A DNA stretch of 64,000 bases, taken from positions 5,838 through 69,837 of the forward strand of contig CACYZM010000001.1 in assembly GCA_902778855.1 (NCBI GenBank), read 5' to 3'. Both the position numbers and the translations under genes were made by a program. Positions 1-9,399 of this stretch are shown here, piece after piece. Positions within the stretch are counted from its first letter, which is position 1. Each line of letters starts with the position of its first letter. Under the pieces are notes generated by a model, which was not told the DNA's origin, did no database searches, and saw only the letters and a program-made list of their open reading frames with translations. The stretch comes from an uncultured Bacteroidia bacterium (GTDB taxonomy: Bacteria; Bacteroidota; Bacteroidia; Bacteroidales; UBA932).

Positions 1-560
1 TTTTCCTTGACGAACTGATAATCGGCCTCCTGCTTCTGTGCACGGATTTCATCCGCCTGCTTTTCCAGACGGGCGGATTCTTCGGCATCAGCCTCCCCGG
101 AGCGAAGACGGTCATAGATGGCCATGATCTGATCGCTCAGTCGTTCTTCTTGTTCGGCATTCTGCTGGACCAGGTCGTTGGCCGGAGTACCCGATACGCG
201 GGTCTTATGGTCCGCATCAGTAACTACGCTGATTTTGGCTCCGGGTTCGATGACGACCGTCGCGTGGCCGGCAAGATTGCCGCCGGTCAGGTCACCGACA
301 TAGATCGTACAGTAATCGGGGTCGGACACCTTGCCCGAGAACGTGTATTTTCCTTCCTGAACCAAGGTCGAATCCATCGGCATGGACTGCGTCGGATCCG
401 CGACCAAGTCGGAGATGTTGAAGCTGGCTACCTTATAAACTTTCGCCCCTTCCAGGGAAGGGTCTTCCACGACGCCTTCAATCGTGTAACTGTTCCCGCC
501 GCAGGCGGAAACAAGCAGGGCGGCCCCCAGGGCCGCCGCTACGAGTAAGAGATTTCTCAT
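1..560 (-). CDS. DUF4369-type lipoprotein, probable TlpA-like thiol:disulfide oxidoreductase (5' complete; 3' end runs off the window)
   Basis: Absent from the ORF track because no stop lies in the window. Reverse-strand ATG at 558-560 reads MRNLLLVAAALGAALLVSACGGNSYTIEGVVEDPSLEGAKVYKV... It has a lipobox (LVSAC) and the same N-terminal pattern as the neighbouring 575-1747 protein. Confidence 0.6.
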   Translation of the reverse strand, partial: MRNLLLVAAALGAALLVSACGGNSYTIEGVVEDPSLEGAKVYKVASFNISDLVADPTQSMPMDSTLVQEGKYTFSGKVSDPDYCTIYVGDLTGGNLAGHATVVIEPGAKISVVTDADHKTRVSGTPANDLVQQNAEQEERLSDQIMAIYDRLRSGEADAEESARLEKQADEIRAQKQEADYQFVKE

Positions 561-574
561 ATAGAAGATTTTGA

Positions 575-1747
575 TTAGTCAAGTAATTCAGCGAGTTTGG
601 CTTCCAATTCCTCGTGTTCCATCTTGCCGATGACCTTGCCTTCCTTATCCAGCAGGAAGTAGGAAGGGATGTAGTGGACGCCATAGAGCAGGCCGACGCG
701 GGCCGGCCGGTTCTCTACCGGGAATTCGTCCACCACGTGGATCCAGGGGGTCTGGTCCTGGGCGATGGCGTTTTTCCAGGCATTGTGGTCGGTATCGTCG
801 GAAACGCCGATGATCTCGAGGCCCTTGGGATGATACTTCTTGTAAAGTTCCTTCATGGCAGGCATACCGGCACGGCAAGGCTTGCACCAGGAGGCCCAGA
901 AGTCCACGATGACATACTGGCCGCGAAGCGACGAGAGGGTCACGGGATTGCCGTCCGGATCGTTGAGCGTGAAATCCGGAGCCTCGGCGCCGGGCTGCGT
1001 CGCCTTGCGGGCGGCGAGCTCTTCGCGGGCTTCCGCAGCCAGGAAACTGTTGCGGACTTTTTCGCTGTACTGATTGAAGGCTTCTTCGAATTCTTCCGTG
1101 GTGGCATCGTTGTAATAGCGGTTGAACAAATAGGCAGCGGCCTCGACATCCGGATTCCCGGCGATGACCTTTTTCGTCTCTTCTTCGAGGGCATCGTAAT
1201 AGGCCGGCAGTTGCTCGGCGAACTTACTCTGGATTTCAGCCTGTTTCTGCTGATAGGCGGCCATGTCGGCATAGCCCATCGACTCCACTTCCTCGATGGC
1301 GGCAGCCAGTTCCTTGAGTTCAGGGCGCTGGGCAATGACCGTACGGACATTCTGCATCTGATTCGCGAACTCGTTGTTCGGGCCGCCAGTCGTCGTGACA
1401 TCCGAAAGGAACTTACCGCCGTAGCGGGCATAGTCGATCACCTTGTCCAGGTTGACATTCATCGTCAACGGGCAGTTTTCGACATAGACATTGGCGCGCA
1501 GGGGGTCCTCACCGGCCGGAAGCAGGGAGACGGAGCCGATCACCACATCGGGCACCGAGCCCTTGAAGGTGAACTTGCCTTTGTTCATCGCCACCGTGTC
1601 GCTGAAGGGCGTACCATCGGGCAATGTATAGGCAAGAACGGCTTTGCCGTCCAATTCGCCGGCCTGGCCCTTGATGACATAACCGGGCTCTTTCGTGCAG
1701 GCGCTGAGGGCCGCGACGGCCACGATGATTGCGAGTATTTTTTTCAT
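575..1747 (-). CDS. TlpA-like thiol:disulfide oxidoreductase lipoprotein (DUF4369 N-domain + thioredoxin fold)
   Basis: Signal peptide and lipobox (AALSAC). C-terminal thioredoxin motif DFWASWCKPCRAGMP followed by IIGVSDD. ATG confirmed at 1745-1747. Confidence 0.85.
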   Translation of the reverse strand: MKKILAIIVAVAALSACTKEPGYVIKGQAGELDGKAVLAYTLPDGTPFSDTVAMNKGKFTFKGSVPDVVIGSVSLLPAGEDPLRANVYVENCPLTMNVNLDKVIDYARYGGKFLSDVTTTGGPNNEFANQMQNVRTVIAQRPELKELAAAIEEVESMGYADMAAYQQKQAEIQSKFAEQLPAYYDALEEETKKVIAGNPDVEAAAYLFNRYYNDATTEEFEEAFNQYSEKVRNSFLAAEAREELAARKATQPGAEAPDFTLNDPDGNPVTLSSLRGQYVIVDFWASWCKPCRAGMPAMKELYKKYHPKGLEIIGVSDDTDHNAWKNAIAQDQTPWIHVVDEFPVENRPARVGLLYGVHYIPSYFLLDKEGKVIGKMEHEELEAKLAELLD

Positions 1748-1753
1748 GATGTG

Positions 1754-3718
1754 TTACAGTTTTACGGTAAAGGTTTTGGTTTCGGGCACCAGGCAGGTGT
1801 TGTTGTTGCAGCACTGGTACGTGACCGTGACTTTGGCTTCGCCTTCGCCTTGGCCCTGGATGGACTGGCGGAATTCGCCGGTACCGCGATAGACGGTCGT
1901 ACCGGAGGCGTCGAGCAGGCTGGCTTCGGGAAGGTAGAGCGGGCCGACCTTCTCATATCCGGCGGGGAGCTCGATCTCGACGGTCGTCACCACGAAAACC
2001 TCGTCGGCCGGCACCACGGCGTAGGTATGGTAGCCCGGATGGATCTTCTGGAAGACTACGATGTCCTTGCCTTTGTCGGTATTGACAGCCCTGGCCTGGA
2101 GATACACAGGGTTGCGGTCATCGGTCAGCGAGGCCGACGCATCATTCCCGCGACGGCGGGAATCCTTGCCCAGCATATAGGCCTCTTCCTCCTCGGCGAG
2201 GCGGACACGGTAGTCGTTGCCCGGCACGTTTTCAAAGGTATTGACCAGCCACAGATAGCCGCCGTTCTCGGTAAAGAAGAGTTTGTCGTGGTAACGGTTG
2301 TACCAGTCGCGCCATTCTTTCGCCGTTTCGAAGCGGCAGAGCGTGTAGCGTTTCAGGACGGTCTCGGCGATGTCCTTTTCCGGATCGTTCTTCTCGAGCA
2401 TCGAGATGCACTTGTCGAGGATGCGGATGTCGTTGTTCGGAATGCCCAGATAGCGGACTTCGTCGTCGATGGCCAGTTCGTAGGAACCATTGGGGCACCA
2501 GAACCAGCCGTAGTTCTTGTCATAGAAGTCCTGATACGCCTTCTCGTCAGTGCCGAACACGGCATAGAGGCCCTTGCCGCGGTCATTTTGCATCAGGAAT
2601 TCCCGGTAGGTGAGCATCTTCTGCTCGGGGAAGTTTTCGTAGATGGCCATATTGGGATCGACCTTCTCGCCACGCGCCTTCTGGTCTTTGATGACGGCCT
2701 TCAGACTGTCGACCATCCGGTTGAAATCCGCATTGGACTTGTTGTAGGCTTCCCACATCGAACGGCTCATCCGGTTGCGCTCCATCCCGATATGGTCGCG
2801 GGTGGAAACGCCGTCGTTGAATTTCCGGGCGATGGGATGCTGTCCGGCAAACTGCTTCATATAGACCACGGCATTGACGAAGAGGGCCTTGGCGGTCTCG
2901 GTCATATAGGTCGGCGAAGCCGAGAAGCCCCAGGTAAACCAGTTGGCGTGGCGGCCAAGGGCCACGGCGTCGATGCTCTTGGCGCATTTGCCGCCGCTGA
3001 TGACTTCGGCTTCCGGCGAATCGGTGTAGCCGCCCGGGCGGGAGACCATACCGATGCGGTAGTCGCGGTTCTGCTCGTAATTCATCGTCTGCATCCGGAA
3101 CATCTCGGTCTCGGCAGGCAGGGGCTCACCCATCATTTCCGCGATTTCAGCAGCTGCGGGGGGCGTGGGCTGCATCGAGGTTTCGATGGTGACTTTCACC
3201 GGGCCCTGGAAAATGGGATGCGAGGCATTCCAGCCGAGGGCCATGTCTTCCAGGCAGAGGCAGTACCAGTCGTTCTTCGTGCCGATGCGACGGCCCATCT
3301 CTTCCCCGGCCTCGGCAATGGTAATCACCGGGCGGCTGAAGTCGAGCGGGAAGTACTGCGGACGCGCATAACGGACCATTCGGCCGTGATCGTCGACGTC
3401 GCGGATCCCCGGCGCGATGGGCGCCGGCGTGCCGTCAAGGATGGTCACGTCGTAGTAGTCGGACATCGAATAGTGATAGTCCTTGGCGTCGATGACCTTG
3501 ACGGTCTTGAAATTCTTTTTGAGGAATTTCTCAAACGCCGCGGTGCGCTCCGCCGCACTCTTGGCGACGACGGCCGGGTCGGGTTTCTCCGCCAGGCCAA
3601 AGGTCTCGATTTCAGGCGAGCCGCCCACATAGAGCACGCTCACCGCCTGCTTTTTCTGGGCGTGGAGGCCCAGAAAACAGCAGAGCAGCAGGGAAAGGGT
3701 CAGAAAGAACCTTTTCAT
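1754..3718 (-). CDS. exported protein of unknown function with a C-terminal nDsbD-like (DsbD alpha / DsbC-type) redox domain
   Basis: Signal peptide MKRFFLTLSLLLCCFLGLHAQ. The last ~100 aa (IHPGYHTYAV...VTVTYQCCNNNTCLVPE) match the nDsbD pattern seen in the DsbD at 9400-11421 (VTVEWQACNDENCIPP). I recognise no motif in the first ~530 aa. Confidence 0.75.
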   Translation of the reverse strand: MKRFFLTLSLLLCCFLGLHAQKKQAVSVLYVGGSPEIETFGLAEKPDPAVVAKSAAERTAAFEKFLKKNFKTVKVIDAKDYHYSMSDYYDVTILDGTPAPIAPGIRDVDDHGRMVRYARPQYFPLDFSRPVITIAEAGEEMGRRIGTKNDWYCLCLEDMALGWNASHPIFQGPVKVTIETSMQPTPPAAAEIAEMMGEPLPAETEMFRMQTMNYEQNRDYRIGMVSRPGGYTDSPEAEVISGGKCAKSIDAVALGRHANWFTWGFSASPTYMTETAKALFVNAVVYMKQFAGQHPIARKFNDGVSTRDHIGMERNRMSRSMWEAYNKSNADFNRMVDSLKAVIKDQKARGEKVDPNMAIYENFPEQKMLTYREFLMQNDRGKGLYAVFGTDEKAYQDFYDKNYGWFWCPNGSYELAIDDEVRYLGIPNNDIRILDKCISMLEKNDPEKDIAETVLKRYTLCRFETAKEWRDWYNRYHDKLFFTENGGYLWLVNTFENVPGNDYRVRLAEEEEAYMLGKDSRRRGNDASASLTDDRNPVYLQARAVNTDKGKDIVVFQKIHPGYHTYAVVPADEVFVVTTVEIELPAGYEKVGPLYLPEASLLDASGTTVYRGTGEFRQSIQGQGEGEAKVTVTYQCCNNNTCLVPETKTFTVKL

Positions 3719-3727
3719 AAAAGTTGA

Positions 3728-5158
3728 TTACAGATTGTTCGGTTTGATGTTCGGATTGTTGCTGATCGCGTTCTTCGGGAACGGGAAGATCCACATCTTG
3801 GAATCGGGCGCCAGCGTATAGGTATTGCCAGCCAGTTCGCGGGTGAAGGTCTCCTTCATATCGTCGAGCTGGTTCCAGCGCTTGCGGAAGATAAAGTTGT
3901 ACGGAGTGTACACGAATTCGCTGTGCTCCACTTGCTTCAGGTGGGCGATTGCCTCGGCTTTCGTCGACACGTTGCCCTGCAGCGGGGCGTACATCGCGGG
4001 CTCCACGCGCTTTACGCGGACGGCGTCGAGATACTTCATGGCTTCGCTGAAATTACCCTTGCGGATTTCGCACTCGGCGATGGTCAGGTACATATGCGGC
4101 GTCTTCAGGCCATACGTATTCCAGCTGGAGTTCAGGTCGAAGGTCATGAAACAGGGAACGCCGGTCATCATTTCGCCGCCCATCATATAGTCGTACATCA
4201 TATCCATGCTGGCCATACGGGAATAGGTGGCATAGCCCGGTTCGAAGCGGGCGATGCCTTCCTGGCTGACGGCTTCGTAGAAAATGATGTCATAGGTGTG
4301 GAAATAGTCTTCCTCCTGCTCGAGTTTGGCCAAGTACAGGGAAGGATACTGCCCGCCGATGATGTAGCCCGTCGTGATGACGGTATGCGCGGCATCCAGA
4401 TAATCGGAGACGGTGCTGTTGATGTCGAGCGCCTGCTTGGCGACGGTCTCGGCCTCGTCGAACTTCTGCATGGCCATCAGCGCCAGGGCCTTGACGGCGT
4501 ACGGGCAGGCTTTGCTCATACGCATCCGGTTGACATTGTTCAGCGGGAGGGCGTTCAGCGCGATGGCGGCGTCGCAGTCGGCGATGATCTGGTCGTAGAC
4601 CGCGGCGACCGTCCAGATTTCAGTGGGCTCGGAGATGTCCCAGTCTTCCAGCAGGATGGGAATGCCCGGCGTGTTGGCGGCGGTAGCCGGATTGTAGGCG
4701 GCCGCGAACTTGTTGACCAGGATGTACTCGGCCCAGGCGCGGAGGGTATAAGCCTCAGCCTTGAGCTGGTTCTTCTTGGCTTCGTCACCTGTGGCATCGG
4801 CCACGCGGCTCAGAATCGGGTTGGCAACCCGGCCGATGAAACCGTACATCGTGGAATAATCGCCGTCGCTGGCGGTCAGGTCGTTGAAGGTCTCGATCTT
4901 GGACTCGTCCCAGGTCAGCATGATGGTATAGCGCGACGGGGTCGGCGAAGCCAGTTCGTTGGGGATGTTGGCATAGCTGATCATATCGCCGCACATCCGT
5001 TTCATATCCGAAGTAGGACCTTCGAACTCGGCGTTGAGCAGGAGTTCCAGCTCTTCGGTGGTCGAAAGCAGGTTCTTGCCTTTGGGCTGCAGTTCGGTGA
5101 ACTCGGCGCAGGAGGCCAGCAGCAGGCAGGTGGTCAGGATAACAAATATCTTTTTCAT
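3728..5158 (-). CDS. susD: SusD/RagB-family outer-membrane lipoprotein
   Basis: Lipoprotein signal (LLLASC) and TPR-like helical sequence typical of SusD. It lies 12 nt downstream of the SusC gene. Confidence 0.85.
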   Translation of the reverse strand: MKKIFVILTTCLLLASCAEFTELQPKGKNLLSTTEELELLLNAEFEGPTSDMKRMCGDMISYANIPNELASPTPSRYTIMLTWDESKIETFNDLTASDGDYSTMYGFIGRVANPILSRVADATGDEAKKNQLKAEAYTLRAWAEYILVNKFAAAYNPATAANTPGIPILLEDWDISEPTEIWTVAAVYDQIIADCDAAIALNALPLNNVNRMRMSKACPYAVKALALMAMQKFDEAETVAKQALDINSTVSDYLDAAHTVITTGYIIGGQYPSLYLAKLEQEEDYFHTYDIIFYEAVSQEGIARFEPGYATYSRMASMDMMYDYMMGGEMMTGVPCFMTFDLNSSWNTYGLKTPHMYLTIAECEIRKGNFSEAMKYLDAVRVKRVEPAMYAPLQGNVSTKAEAIAHLKQVEHSEFVYTPYNFIFRKRWNQLDDMKETFTRELAGNTYTLAPDSKMWIFPFPKNAISNNPNIKPNNL

Positions 5159-5170
5159 GGCGCGGATGTC

Positions 5171-8100
5171 TTAGAAGTTGATGTGAAGACCGAAGATATA
5201 GGAGCTGCGCTGCGGGATGCCGAGGGTCTCGGGATCGAAGCGGACGCCCTTCTCATAGTACGGGATGTCGCGACCCGGGTTGAAAGCCGTCCAGAGCGCC
5301 GGAATGTTGTCGACCTGGAACTGCAGGTTCACGCGGGAAGCGCCGATCTTGCGGGCCCAGTTTTCGGGCAGTTCATAACCCAGCACGATGTTGCGGATCT
5401 TCAGGAAGGCCGCGTTACGGACGGAGATATCGCTGTATTTGCACTCGGGGCCGATGGAGCTTGAGGAATACCGGCCGATACCCGGGGTGTCGGTCTTGTG
5501 CTCGGGAGTCCAGGCATTGAGGAAGTAGCTGGGAACCGCTTGCCCCTGTGCCACGCCGAAAGTCTCATTCTCATTCAGCGCCCGCATCACGTGTCCGCCG
5601 TAGTAGGCCATCAGGATGCTCAGGCTCAAACCGTTCCAGGTGAAGCGGTTGTCGAGGCCGGCAATCACGACAGGCTCTGCCTGTCCGGAATACGCCATCG
5701 TTTCGACGCTGCCGCTTTGGGCGCTGTGCGTCTTGCGGTCGTTGTCGGAATACCAGAGGGTCTGGCCTTTTTCGCCATCGGCTTCACTGATGCCGGCAAA
5801 GCGCCAGCTCCACAGGGCGCTGGTCGGATAACCGACCCGGTACGGGTTGGAGAGCAATTCATAAGCCCGGGTGGAGGCATTCTCCACATTGGTGATCTTG
5901 TTCTTGTTGACGGCGAAGGTCAGGGTGCTGCTCCAACCGAAATCGCTGCGGCGGCGTTCGCGGATCCAGTCGCCCGTGAAGGTGAGTTCCACACCGTTGT
6001 TGACCATATCGGCCACGTTCATGAACATCGAGGTGAAACCGGTGGTCGGGTCAAGGGTCTTGTAGGAGAAGAGGTCCTTGCCGACCTTGCGGTAATAGTC
6101 GAGGGAACCGCGGAACCGGTTCTCCACGAACGAGAAATCGAGACCGACGTTGCTGGTCAGGGTCCGTTCCCATTTGAGGTTCGGGTTGGCCGGGCTCTGG
6201 ATGACGCCGAACGGTTCGTTGGTATAGTAGTTCAGGCCCGTGCTGGTAGCGGTCATATAGCTGGTGGCTCCCTGGTAGATGTTACCGGTGACACCGTAGC
6301 TGAGACGAAGCTTGAGGGCGTTGATCCAGTTGACGCCGCGCAGGAAGCTTTCATTGTTGATGTTCCAGGCCACACCGGCCGACCAGAGCGGACGGCCGCG
6401 GAGTTTCACGTTCAGACCGTACACGTCGGCATAGTCCTTACGGACGGAGCCGAAGACATTGTACTTTTCGTCGTACGTATAGGTGAAGTTCGCATAACCG
6501 GAAGCATAGCGGTGATGGTCCTCGACCACCGGGCTCATATTATCGGCGATATACGGCTCATAAGCGAACTGGATGGCCGGGAAGCCGCCGCCGAGCGCCA
6601 TATAGCTGTTGCTGTAGCGCATCTGGCTGATGGTGGAGAAGTCAATGGTCTGCGTCGAGGCGTTCTGCAGCTGGTCGTCATAGCCGAGCATCAGGGCGCT
6701 GGTACCGGAATACAGCGTCTCGCGGAATTCCATACCGGCCAGGGCCACGATTTCGTGCTTGCCGAACGTGCCGGCATAGTTGAGCTGGCCGCGGGCGGTC
6801 CAGTAACGGCCGTCCACGTTCTGGGCGGCGCGGAAACCGCCGGCAGCAGGCGTGATGTGCGTCACATTGCCGTAAGGGTCGATTTCGGTATAGGCATTGT
6901 AGATCGTCTTGGCAGCCTGGCTTTCCTGCGTAGCGTACCAATCAGCCGTGCGGTGATCAGTTTCATAAACGAACTGCGCATTGGCCGTCAGGCCTTTGAC
7001 AATCTTGAAAAGAAGGTCGCCGTGATAGCGCATATACTGGCGCTTGGTATTGATCACGTTGTTGTAGTACTCGTCCACCAGGTTGATGCCGGTTTCCTTG
7101 AAGTAACCGCCTTCCGTATTGTCGCGGTACTGGTTGCCGTTAAACCAGGTATAGAGCAGTTTGGCGGAACCGTCGTTGTTGTAGAGGCTCTCATAGGCCG
7201 GATAGTTCCACGGGCTGTCGAAGCCGTTGTAAGTATAGCCTTTCGCCCGCTGATTGCCGTAGATGCCGTTGACGGCCACGGTAGCGGTCAGCCATTTGGT
7301 GACATCATAGGAACCTTTGTAGCTGATCTGCATCTGCCGGTCGAAGGAGTTGATGACCCCCTGGTTGTCATTGCGCCAGTTGACGACGAAATTGCTCTGG
7401 AAACGGTCGGAGCGGCTGCGCAGGGCCAGGTTGTACTGCTGCATCAGCTGACGGCGATAGACCGCGTCGGCATACTGCTGCGCGAAATTGTTCTTCGAGA
7501 GCTGGTTGCAAAGCTGGTCGATCTCAGCCTGGGTGCCTTCGCCGATGAACATCCGGTAGTAGGCGTAATCGATGGGCGAAACGTAGCCGGTTCCGGCCAG
7601 CAGGTTCTGTTCCATCGTCTGGGCCGGATTGGTAACCTCGCCTTCATTGTGGAAATAATAGTAGTCGTAGTAGTTTTTCTCCAGCGCAATCTGCTGCTCG
7701 GCATTCATATAGAAGTTGCGCGCATAGTCCATGTCATGTTTGGAGAAGACCGTGACGTTGGAGGAGAAGTCCACGTCGATCTTGCCCTTTTCGCGGGCGC
7801 TCTTGGTCGTGATGACGATGATACCGTTGGAAGCGCGGGCACCGTAGATAGCCGCGGCGGCCGCGTCTTTCAGCACGTTGATGCTCTCGATGTCGTAGGG
7901 GTTCAAGTCATCGATGGAGCCTTCCATCGGCAGGCCGTCCACCACGAGGAGCGGATTGGCTTCGGCGTACATGGAGCTGACGCCACGGATGGTGAGTTTG
8001 CCGCCGTAGGTCGACAGACCGGCCACGCGGCCTTCGAGGTTCTGCATCAGGCTCGGCGTGTAGCGCTCTTCGATGGTCTTGGAATTGACCGTGGCGATGG

Positions 8101-8743
8101 CGCCGGTCACTTTCTTCTGCTGGATTTCCTGATAACCGGTCACCACCGCGCCCTCGATGAACATGCGGCTGTAGCTCATCTGCACGTCGAAGGTGCTGCG
8201 ACCGTTAAGCGGTTCGGTCACCGTGTCCATACCGAGGAAAGTCACCTCGATGGTGCTGTTGCGCGGATCCTTGACGGCCAGGGTGTAATTACCGTTGACG
8301 TCGGTGATGGCGTAGGTCTTTTCGGTCAGGTTCTGGATGGCGGCGCCGGCGACCGGCATGCCGTCCTGGTCGGTGATGCGGCCTTTGAGCATCACGGCCC
8401 CGCGACCGGACTGACCCTGCTGCTGGGCCGTCGTGGCGGCCGGCGAGAGGGCGATCTGTTTGTCAAGAATCTTGTAGTTGATGTTCAACGGTTTGAGCAT
8501 CTGGTCGAGAACGGCGGTCAGGCCGGCGTTCTGGACGTGGATGGTGACCGGTTTGTCGGCACCGACCTGCTGGTCGTTGTAGACAAACGTGTAGTCCACC
8601 TGCTTCTGGATCTCGTTCAGGACGGTCTTCAAGGGCGTCCTGTCGAAGTTCAGCGTGATGTTCTGTGCGGAGGCCAGCTGCGCGGAACCGAGCAGCAGCA
8701 CAAGCGCCAGCGACATCATCTTGAGGAAGTGTTTGACTGACAT
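5171..8743 (-). CDS. susC: SusC/RagA-family TonB-dependent receptor with N-terminal STN signalling domain
   Basis: 1190 aa with a signal peptide. Domains: STN (NITLNFDRTPLKTVLNEIQKQVDYTFVY), carboxypeptidase-regulatory-like (LKGRITDQDGMPVAGA), plug and barrel. The C-terminal end ...FGLHINF is typical of TonB-dependent receptors. Confidence 0.9.
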   Translation of the reverse strand: MSVKHFLKMMSLALVLLLGSAQLASAQNITLNFDRTPLKTVLNEIQKQVDYTFVYNDQQVGADKPVTIHVQNAGLTAVLDQMLKPLNINYKILDKQIALSPAATTAQQQGQSGRGAVMLKGRITDQDGMPVAGAAIQNLTEKTYAITDVNGNYTLAVKDPRNSTIEVTFLGMDTVTEPLNGRSTFDVQMSYSRMFIEGAVVTGYQEIQQKKVTGAIATVNSKTIEERYTPSLMQNLEGRVAGLSTYGGKLTIRGVSSMYAEANPLLVVDGLPMEGSIDDLNPYDIESINVLKDAAAAAIYGARASNGIIVITTKSAREKGKIDVDFSSNVTVFSKHDMDYARNFYMNAEQQIALEKNYYDYYYFHNEGEVTNPAQTMEQNLLAGTGYVSPIDYAYYRMFIGEGTQAEIDQLCNQLSKNNFAQQYADAVYRRQLMQQYNLALRSRSDRFQSNFVVNWRNDNQGVINSFDRQMQISYKGSYDVTKWLTATVAVNGIYGNQRAKGYTYNGFDSPWNYPAYESLYNNDGSAKLLYTWFNGNQYRDNTEGGYFKETGINLVDEYYNNVINTKRQYMRYHGDLLFKIVKGLTANAQFVYETDHRTADWYATQESQAAKTIYNAYTEIDPYGNVTHITPAAGGFRAAQNVDGRYWTARGQLNYAGTFGKHEIVALAGMEFRETLYSGTSALMLGYDDQLQNASTQTIDFSTISQMRYSNSYMALGGGFPAIQFAYEPYIADNMSPVVEDHHRYASGYANFTYTYDEKYNVFGSVRKDYADVYGLNVKLRGRPLWSAGVAWNINNESFLRGVNWINALKLRLSYGVTGNIYQGATSYMTATSTGLNYYTNEPFGVIQSPANPNLKWERTLTSNVGLDFSFVENRFRGSLDYYRKVGKDLFSYKTLDPTTGFTSMFMNVADMVNNGVELTFTGDWIRERRRSDFGWSSTLTFAVNKNKITNVENASTRAYELLSNPYRVGYPTSALWSWRFAGISEADGEKGQTLWYSDNDRKTHSAQSGSVETMAYSGQAEPVVIAGLDNRFTWNGLSLSILMAYYGGHVMRALNENETFGVAQGQAVPSYFLNAWTPEHKTDTPGIGRYSSSSIGPECKYSDISVRNAAFLKIRNIVLGYELPENWARKIGASRVNLQFQVDNIPALWTAFNPGRDIPYYEKGVRFDPETLGIPQRSSYIFGLHINF

Positions 8744-8753
8744 AGGTAGAAAA

Positions 8754-8794
8754 CTGTATTAGGTTAAAAATAGATTTCCTATTGATAATACAGA
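8754..8794 (-). promoter_or_regulatory. inverted repeat in the susC upstream/leader region
   Basis: CTGTATTA (8754-8761) and TAATACAG (8787-8794) are separated by 25 nt. The arms extend to ~12 nt with one mismatch. The repeat lies 11-51 nt upstream of the susC ATG. Confidence 0.35.
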
Positions 8795-8813
8795 TTTTCC
8801 ACACGCTCCCCTC

Positions 8814-8853
8814 AAAAAAAACGCGAGGCCGACGCATCACGCGCAGGCCCCGC
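8814..8853 (-). terminator. rho-independent terminator after the dsbD-trx operon
   Basis: The minus-strand RNA has stem GCGGGGCC...GGCCUCGC (one G-U pair) followed by 8 U (plus-strand A-run 8814-8821). It separates the Trx gene from susC. Confidence 0.65.
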
Positions 8854-8895
8854 ATTTCCTAATAACCAAATAACTTTTTTAATCTATTATATCGT

Positions 8896-9375
8896 CTAGT
8901 TAAGAACGGTATCCAAATAGGAGTAGAAGGCGGGATCTTCGCCCAAGATGATCTTGTCGATCTTTCCCTGGGGATCGATGATGATCTTCGTGGGAAAACC
9001 CTGAACCTGATAGACCTTGACCAGGTCGTTGTCAGCGGGGTTCAGGACGCTGATCCAGGGGAGTTCGTATTTCGCCGTGGCGGCTTTCCATTTCTCCTCA
9101 GTGTCGCGGCAGGCGACGCCGACGAATTCGACTTTGCCCTTGTGCTTGGCGTAGGCTTGCTTCATATCGGGGAAACCCTTGATGCACCATTTGCACCAGC
9201 TGCCCCAGAAATCAAGCACCACGTATTTTCCCTGGAGCGAGGAAAGGGTGAAGGTCGTCCCATCGACCTTTTTGGCAGTAAAATCGGGGGCCTGGACACC
9301 GGCGCGGATGTCCTGGGCGAAGCCGGCGCAGGAGAGTCCGGCGAGCAACAGGCAGCAAAGGAAAAATTTCTTCAT
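8896..9375 (-). CDS. thioredoxin-fold (TlpA/ResA-like) thiol:disulfide oxidoreductase
   Basis: DFWGSWCKWCIKGFPDM motif. The ORF-track start at 9396 is TTG. The ATG at 9373-9375 gives MKKFFLCCLLLAGLSCAGFA (signal/lipobox). Confidence 0.85.
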   Translation of the reverse strand: MKKFFLCCLLLAGLSCAGFAQDIRAGVQAPDFTAKKVDGTTFTLSSLQGKYVVLDFWGSWCKWCIKGFPDMKQAYAKHKGKVEFVGVACRDTEEKWKAATAKYELPWISVLNPADNDLVKVYQVQGFPTKIIIDPQGKIDKIILGEDPAFYSYLDTVLN

Positions 9376-9399
9376 AACGGAATAGCGTTCAAACAAATA

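Noticed and set aside
614-3727. 1037-aa plus-strand ORF, and similar very long ORFs antisense to real genes (5498-8740, 22910-25048, 28027-29490, 32145-33761, 38254-40458, 40606-43569, 53394-55229, 59325-60704 and others)
   Set aside because: Their translations are low-complexity and rich in Gly/Ala/Arg/Val/Asp, with no motifs. Each lies exactly opposite a gene with clear family signatures. These are typical shadow ORFs of a ~60% GC genome.
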